From Planctomycetota bacterium (GTDB taxonomy: Bacteria > Planctomycetota > PLA2 > JAEUHO01): a DNA stretch of 64,000 nucleotides. How positions within the stretch are numbered: the first letter of the stretch is position 1; every line of letters begins with the position of its first letter. Shown here piece after piece: positions 59,143-64,000 of this stretch. The stretch covers positions 1-64,000 of the forward strand of contig JBFWRP010000003.1 in assembly GCA_050248855.1 (NCBI GenBank), written 5' to 3'. The translations under genes were made by a program, and so were the position numbers. The notes under the pieces were generated by a model. It was not told where the DNA came from. It was given only the letters and a program-made list of their open reading frames with translations, and ran no database searches.

Positions 59143-60702
59143 ATGCACATGAAGCGAGATCCCCTGGGCAAGCGACTGGCCGACTGCCAGCGCGCCATCG
59201 GCTACTGGTTCGCCGACCCCGACCTGCTCGAGACGGCCCTTACGCACAGCTCGTTGCGCTCGCCGGACCGGGCCTGCAACGAGCGCTTGGAGTTCCTCGG
59301 GGACAGCGTGCTCGGGTTGGTGGTCACGGAGGAGCTCTTCCACCTGCTCCCCGAGCACAGCGAGGGCGAGCTCACGCGCATCAAGAGCGCGGTCGTGTCG
59401 CGGCCGGCGTTGCTGGCCACGTCGATGCGCCTGGGTCTGCCCGACTACGCCGACTTCGCGCGCGGCGTGGGCCGTCGGGACCGCCTGCCGCCCAGCGTCA
59501 TCGCCAACCTCGTGGAGAGCGTCATCGGCTCCATCTACCTCGACGCAGGCTTCGACGCGGCGCGCGAGTTCGTGCTGCGCCATCTGGGCGAGACGCTCGA
59601 ACGCGAGCTCGGCGATGAAGGCGTGAAGAACCACAAGAGCCTGCTGCAGCATGAGATCCAGCAGGCCATCAACATCACGCCCGCCTACCGCACGATCGAG
59701 GAAGAGGGGCCGGATCACCGCAAGTCGTTCGTCGTCGCCGTGTTCATCGGCGATCGCGAGTGGGGACGGGCTCCCGGCGGCACCAAGAAGGAGGCCGAGC
59801 AAGAAGCGGCTCGGCAGGCGCTCGAGGCGTGGCGCGCTCGCGAGCTCGGCGACGCGGAGGACCCGCTCGAGCGCGAGCCCTCGCGTGAGCCGGAGGAGGT
59901 GTTCGACGCCACGCCGGAGGCCGAGCCGACCGAGCAGGCCGAGGCCTCGGCCGAGGACACCGGCGAGGAGGCCGCGGGGCGCCGTCGCCGTCGTCGCGGT
60001 CGCCGCGGCCGCGTCCGCGAGGACGCCCCGGCAGCGCTCGATGCCCCGGCAGCGATGGAGGCGGCCGAGCACGTCGCTGACGAGGACACCGCCGAGGAGG
60101 TCAGCGAGGACACCCCCGAGGAGGTCACCGAGCACACCGCCGAGGACGAGCCGCAGGCGGCTCCCTCCGCCGCTCCGATCCTCTTGGACCCCGCCGCCAC
60201 GTTCGACCTGTTGCTGGAGGTCCAGCGCCAGCGAACGCCCCGCCGCCGGGGGCAGCACCGGCCCACGCCCGAAGCGGCCAAGGCGCTGTTCCAGGAGGAT
60301 CCGGACAACGCGAGGATGCGCCGCCGTCCCCCGGAGGAGCCTCGGGCCCCGCGCGAGGGCGCTCGCCCCGAGCCGGCTCCCGCTCCGGTCGCAGCCCCCG
60401 CGTCGCCGCCGACACCGGTCGAGCCGGCCAAGCCTGAGCCCGCCCCCGACGACTTCGCCGCGGGCCTCTTCGAAGAATCGAGGAAGGCCAAGGCCAAGCC
60501 TGCTGCGAAGGCCAGGTCGGCTGCGCGCGAGGAAGCGTCCGTCGAGCAGGCCAAGCCGCGGCGCGCGCGCCGGCGACGCGATCCCGGAGCGGACGAGGGC
60601 GAAGCGCCCCAGCAGCCCCCGGAGAACGCCCCCCCCGCAAGCGGCGAGGCGCCCGCACCTGCCGCCCGCGAAGACGACGACTTTTCCGCCGGCATCGTCT
60701 GA
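59143..60702 (+). CDS. rnc: Ribonuclease III with a long disordered C-terminal extension
   Basis: ALTHSS, NERLEFLGDSVL, ESVIGSIYLD, dsRBD GPDH.K.F...KKEAEQ.AA; start 59143 or 59149. Confidence 0.93.
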   Translation: MHMKRDPLGKRLADCQRAIGYWFADPDLLETALTHSSLRSPDRACNERLEFLGDSVLGLVVTEELFHLLPEHSEGELTRIKSAVVSRPALLATSMRLGLPDYADFARGVGRRDRLPPSVIANLVESVIGSIYLDAGFDAAREFVLRHLGETLERELGDEGVKNHKSLLQHEIQQAINITPAYRTIEEEGPDHRKSFVVAVFIGDREWGRAPGGTKKEAEQEAARQALEAWRARELGDAEDPLEREPSREPEEVFDATPEAEPTEQAEASAEDTGEEAAGRRRRRRGRRGRVREDAPAALDAPAAMEAAEHVADEDTAEEVSEDTPEEVTEHTAEDEPQAAPSAAPILLDPAATFDLLLEVQRQRTPRRRGQHRPTPEAAKALFQEDPDNARMRRRPPEEPRAPREGARPEPAPAPVAAPASPPTPVEPAKPEPAPDDFAAGLFEESRKAKAKPAAKARSAAREEASVEQAKPRRARRRRDPGADEGEAPQQPPENAPPASGEAPAPAAREDDDFSAGIV

Positions 60703-60759
60703 GCGCACGCGCCCTGCGTGGGCGCCTGTCCCGACGTGCCGGCCGGGCCGCTGCCGACC

Positions 60760-63700
60760 ATGGCTCCGTGGCCGCTGCCTCCCTTGGCTCCGACCCGCCC
60801 CGCGTCCACCTCACCTGATCCCGCGCTGCCCTGGTGGGAGCGTCTGGGCCGGGAGCGGTCCGTCCACGTCGGCGGGCTGACGGGCGCGGCGCTCGGCCGC
60901 TTCCTCGCGGGTGCGCTCGACGCGCCCCAGGCCAAGGCGCGCGTGCTCCTCGTCGTCGTGCCCGACGCCGCACGCGGCGATGCCGTGCGGTTGGATGTCG
61001 AGGCCTTCCTCGGCGTGCCGGCGCACCCCTTCCCCGTCTGGCCGTCGCTCTCCGGTCGCGAGGCGCCGGACACGGATGTCGTGGTGCGGCGAGCACGCGT
61101 GCTCGAGGTGCTGCGCGCGGCCCGGCCCGAGCGGCCCGTCGTGGTGGTGGCGCCCTTGGCCGCCTTGGTGCAGGAGGTGCCCTCGCCGGCGGCGTTCGCC
61201 GCCGCGCACGTGCGCCTGGCGCCGGGCAGCGTCCGCCCGCTCGACGTGCTGCTCGAACACTTCGCGCACGCGGGCTTGGCACGCGTGGGGGCCGTCGAAG
61301 GCCCCGGCGAGATGGCCGTTCGGGGCGGTGTGCTCGACGTCTGGACCTTTGCCGCGCGTGGGCCCTGGCGCCTGGACTTCTTCGGCGACGAGATCGAGAG
61401 CATCCGCGAGCTCGATCCGGCGACGCAGCGAAGCGGCGAAGAGCAAGACGCGATCGAGCTGCTCGTGCTCCCCCCCGAGCACCTGCGCGACCCCGTGGAC
61501 GCCGAACACCCGTGCTCCCTGCTCGATCACCTGCCGGACGACGCACCCGTCGCCCTGGTCGAGCAGGAGGCGCTGGTCGGTGCCGCCACCACGTTGGGTG
61601 CGGGTGCGGGATCGGGCGGTGCGGCAAGCAGCTCGGGCGCGGAGCGCGTTCAGCGTCTGGAGGCCGCCCTGGCGGCGCGGCGCACGTGGGTCCTCGGGCC
61701 CGACCCGGTGGCCACGAACCACGGCATCGACGTGGGGGCAGGGAGTCTCGAGCGCTTGCGCGGCGCGGGCCTCCGCGGGGTGGGACCGCGGGGCCACGAC
61801 CATGCCAAGCAGCTGGCGGAGACGCTGCGCGACGTACTTGCCAAGCATCGCGAGGTGGTCGTGTTCCGGCGCGCCGACGGTGAGCAAGAGCGACTGGAGG
61901 AGCTGCTGACGGAGCAGGGCGTCCTCGGTCGCCCCACGTGGCGCCACGGCTCGCTCTCGCGCTCGTTCACGTGGCCGCCTACCGACACGGCGTACGTCGC
62001 CTACGACGACCTCGTGGACCTGCCGCTTCGCGATCGACGCACGCAGGAGCTCGAACGGCGCAGCCGGCCGGTCGAGGACTTCCTCGAGCTGCAGCCCGGC
62101 GGCCTCGTCGTGCATCGCCACCACGGCATCGGCCTGTTCCACGGCCTGACCACCATCGCGGGCCCGGACGGCCCGGGCGACTTCCTGGAGCTGGGGTTCG
62201 CCGAGGGCACGCGCGTCTTCGTGCCCGTCCACCGCATCGATCTCGTGCAGCGCTACGTCGGCACGGGCCGCACGCCGAAGCTGAGCAAGCTCGGCGGCAC
62301 GGAGTGGGCCAAGCGCACCAAGAAGGTCGCCGAGGCCGTCGAAGAGCTCGCGGTCGAGCTCTTGGCCACGCAGGCCAAGCGCGCCGATCGCCAGGGGCCG
62401 CCGCTGGGGCCCGACGGCCCTTGGCAGCACGAGCTCGAGAGCGCGTTCGGCCACGACGACACGCCCGACCAGGTGGCGGGCGTCCGGGCCATCAAGCAAG
62501 ACCTCGAGGGCGAGAGGCCCATGGACCGGCTGCTCTGCGGCGACGTGGGCTACGGCAAGACCGAGGTCGCGCTGCGCGCCGTCTTCAAGGTGCTCGCGGC
62601 CGGTCGCCAAGCCGCCATCCTCGTGCCCACGAAAGTGCTCGCGCAGCAGCACATGCGCACGTTCCGGGCCCGCTTCGCGCCGTATCCGTTCGAAGTCGCC
62701 GCCCTGACCAGCCTCGAGGGCGGCGCGGCCAACCGCCAGACGATCCGCGACATGGCCGAGGGGCGCGTGGACCTCGTGATCGGCACCCATCGCCTGCTCG
62801 GCAAGGACGTCAAGTTCCAGAAGCTCGGACTCGTCGTCGTGGACGAGGAGCAACGCTTCGGCGTGCAGCACAAGGAACGCCTGAAGGGGCTCCGCGCCGA
62901 CGTGGACGTGCTGTCGCTCTCGGCCACGCCGATCCCGCGCACGCTGCACATGGCCCTCCTGGGCTTGCGCGACATCAGCAACCTCACGACGCCGCCGCTC
63001 GGCCGCCACCCCATCGAGACCAAGGTGGCCCGCGAGGAGGACGCCCTGGTGCGCGATGCGCTGCTGCGCGAGCGGGCCCGCGGTGGGCAGATCTTCGTCG
63101 TGAACCCGCGCATCCGGGACCTGCCGCTGGTCGAGCGATGGCTGCTCGACCTCGTGCCCGATCTCGCCATCTCCACCATCCATGGGCGCATGGACAAGCA
63201 GCAGGTCGAGAGCCGGCTCCTGCGCTTCCTCGAGGGTCGCATCGACCTCTTGCTGTCCACGACCGTCATCGAGTCGGGCCTGGACGTAGCCAACGCCAAC
63301 ACGATCGTGATCCGCGATGCGCATCGCTACGGCTTGGCCGAGCTGCACCAGCTGCGCGGCCGGGTCGGCCGCGAGCGCCGTCGCGCACACGCGCTGTTGC
63401 TGGTTCCGCCGGACCAGGGCCTGAAGCCCGAGGCGCGCGAGCGGCTGCGGGCCATCGAGGAGTACAGCGAGCTGGGCGCCGGCTTCCAGATCGCCATGCG
63501 CGACCTGGAGATCCGCGGCGCCGGCAACCTGCTGGGGCCGCAGCAGAGCGGGCACATCGCGGCCGTCGGCTACGACCTGTACTGCCGTTTGCTGGCCGAC
63601 GCGGTGGCGCACGCCAAGGGCCGTCCCGTCTCGCGCCCCAAGCTGGCCGACCTGGGCGTCGAGCTGCCGGGCGGCGTGCCCGCTGGCTACGTGGACGACG

Positions 63701-64000
63701 TGCGCGAGATGTTCCGCCTCGTGCGACGCATCGCGGGGATCGCGAAGCTCGCCGAGCTGGACGCCTGGCGCGACGAGATGGCCGATCGGTTCGGGCCCGT
63801 GCCCGAGCCCGTGGAGCGCTTGCTGCTCGCGCAAGCCGTTCGCATCGCCGCGGGCAGCTTCGGCGTGGAGCGCGTGGACCCCGGGCCGCGCGGCAACGCA
63901 GGCGTCATCCTGGTGGCCAAGGACGACGGGCTGGCGCGCGTGCTGGATCGTCTGGACGACGCGCGGGCGCTCGATGCGCGGCGCGCCTACCTGCCGTTGG
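60760..64000 (+). CDS. mfd: Transcription-repair coupling factor (3' truncated by the window edge)
   Basis: Frame 1 stays open to the end; VVHRHHGIG, MDRLLCGDVGYGKTEVA, DEEQRFGV, SATPIPRTL, QLRGRVGR, DLEIRGAGNLLG. Confidence 0.96.
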   Translation, partial: MAPWPLPPLAPTRPASTSPDPALPWWERLGRERSVHVGGLTGAALGRFLAGALDAPQAKARVLLVVVPDAARGDAVRLDVEAFLGVPAHPFPVWPSLSGREAPDTDVVVRRARVLEVLRAARPERPVVVVAPLAALVQEVPSPAAFAAAHVRLAPGSVRPLDVLLEHFAHAGLARVGAVEGPGEMAVRGGVLDVWTFAARGPWRLDFFGDEIESIRELDPATQRSGEEQDAIELLVLPPEHLRDPVDAEHPCSLLDHLPDDAPVALVEQEALVGAATTLGAGAGSGGAASSSGAERVQRLEAALAARRTWVLGPDPVATNHGIDVGAGSLERLRGAGLRGVGPRGHDHAKQLAETLRDVLAKHREVVVFRRADGEQERLEELLTEQGVLGRPTWRHGSLSRSFTWPPTDTAYVAYDDLVDLPLRDRRTQELERRSRPVEDFLELQPGGLVVHRHHGIGLFHGLTTIAGPDGPGDFLELGFAEGTRVFVPVHRIDLVQRYVGTGRTPKLSKLGGTEWAKRTKKVAEAVEELAVELLATQAKRADRQGPPLGPDGPWQHELESAFGHDDTPDQVAGVRAIKQDLEGERPMDRLLCGDVGYGKTEVALRAVFKVLAAGRQAAILVPTKVLAQQHMRTFRARFAPYPFEVAALTSLEGGAANRQTIRDMAEGRVDLVIGTHRLLGKDVKFQKLGLVVVDEEQRFGVQHKERLKGLRADVDVLSLSATPIPRTLHMALLGLRDISNLTTPPLGRHPIETKVAREEDALVRDALLRERARGGQIFVVNPRIRDLPLVERWLLDLVPDLAISTIHGRMDKQQVESRLLRFLEGRIDLLLSTTVIESGLDVANANTIVIRDAHRYGLAELHQLRGRVGRERRRAHALLLVPPDQGLKPEARERLRAIEEYSELGAGFQIAMRDLEIRGAGNLLGPQQSGHIAAVGYDLYCRLLADAVAHAKGRPVSRPKLADLGVELPGGVPAGYVDDVREMFRLVRRIAGIAKLAELDAWRDEMADRFGPVPEPVERLLLAQAVRIAAGSFGVERVDPGPRGNAGVILVAKDDGLARVLDRLDDARALDARRAYLPL

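Noticed and set aside
60811..63834. 1007-aa minus-strand ORF
   Set aside because: Antisense shadow of mfd, which is absent from the ORF track only because it has no stop within the window

Overview
Very GC-rich bacterial chromosomal window. Gene content (TIGR02999-type ECF sigma factor coupled to a Ser/Thr kinase, several CarboxypepD_reg-like exported proteins, HEAT/VWA proteins) suggests Planctomycetota; this is inference. About 47 genes are supported. The left ~42 kb is accessory: exported carboxypeptidase-regulatory-like proteins, redox enzymes, an isolated DUF932-like gene, an ECF/kinase pair, a membrane-anchored metacaspase head-to-head with a kinase-STAND-TPR protein, a metzincin lipoprotein, an adenylate cyclase and a HAL2-type nucleotidase. 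The right part is mostly housekeeping: typA, pyk, prfB (programmed +1 frameshift), purH, rnc and a truncated mfd. No rRNA, tRNA, CRISPR array, integrase or transposase was seen. Best leads: (1) the caspase/kinase-STAND locus with a small co-oriented membrane protein; (2) a LOG nucleosidase fused to a degenerate dCTP-deaminase-like domain; (3) a hairpin motif with 31 identical flanking nt in two intergenic regions 20 kb apart, one inside a ~245-nt closed structure resembling 6S RNA; (4) a 99-bp tandem palindrome array and a modular repeat family between convergent genes; (5) an AI-2E transporter with a baseplate-J-like insert and an RNase III with an RNase E-like disordered tail. All family calls come from motif recognition by eye, not database searches.
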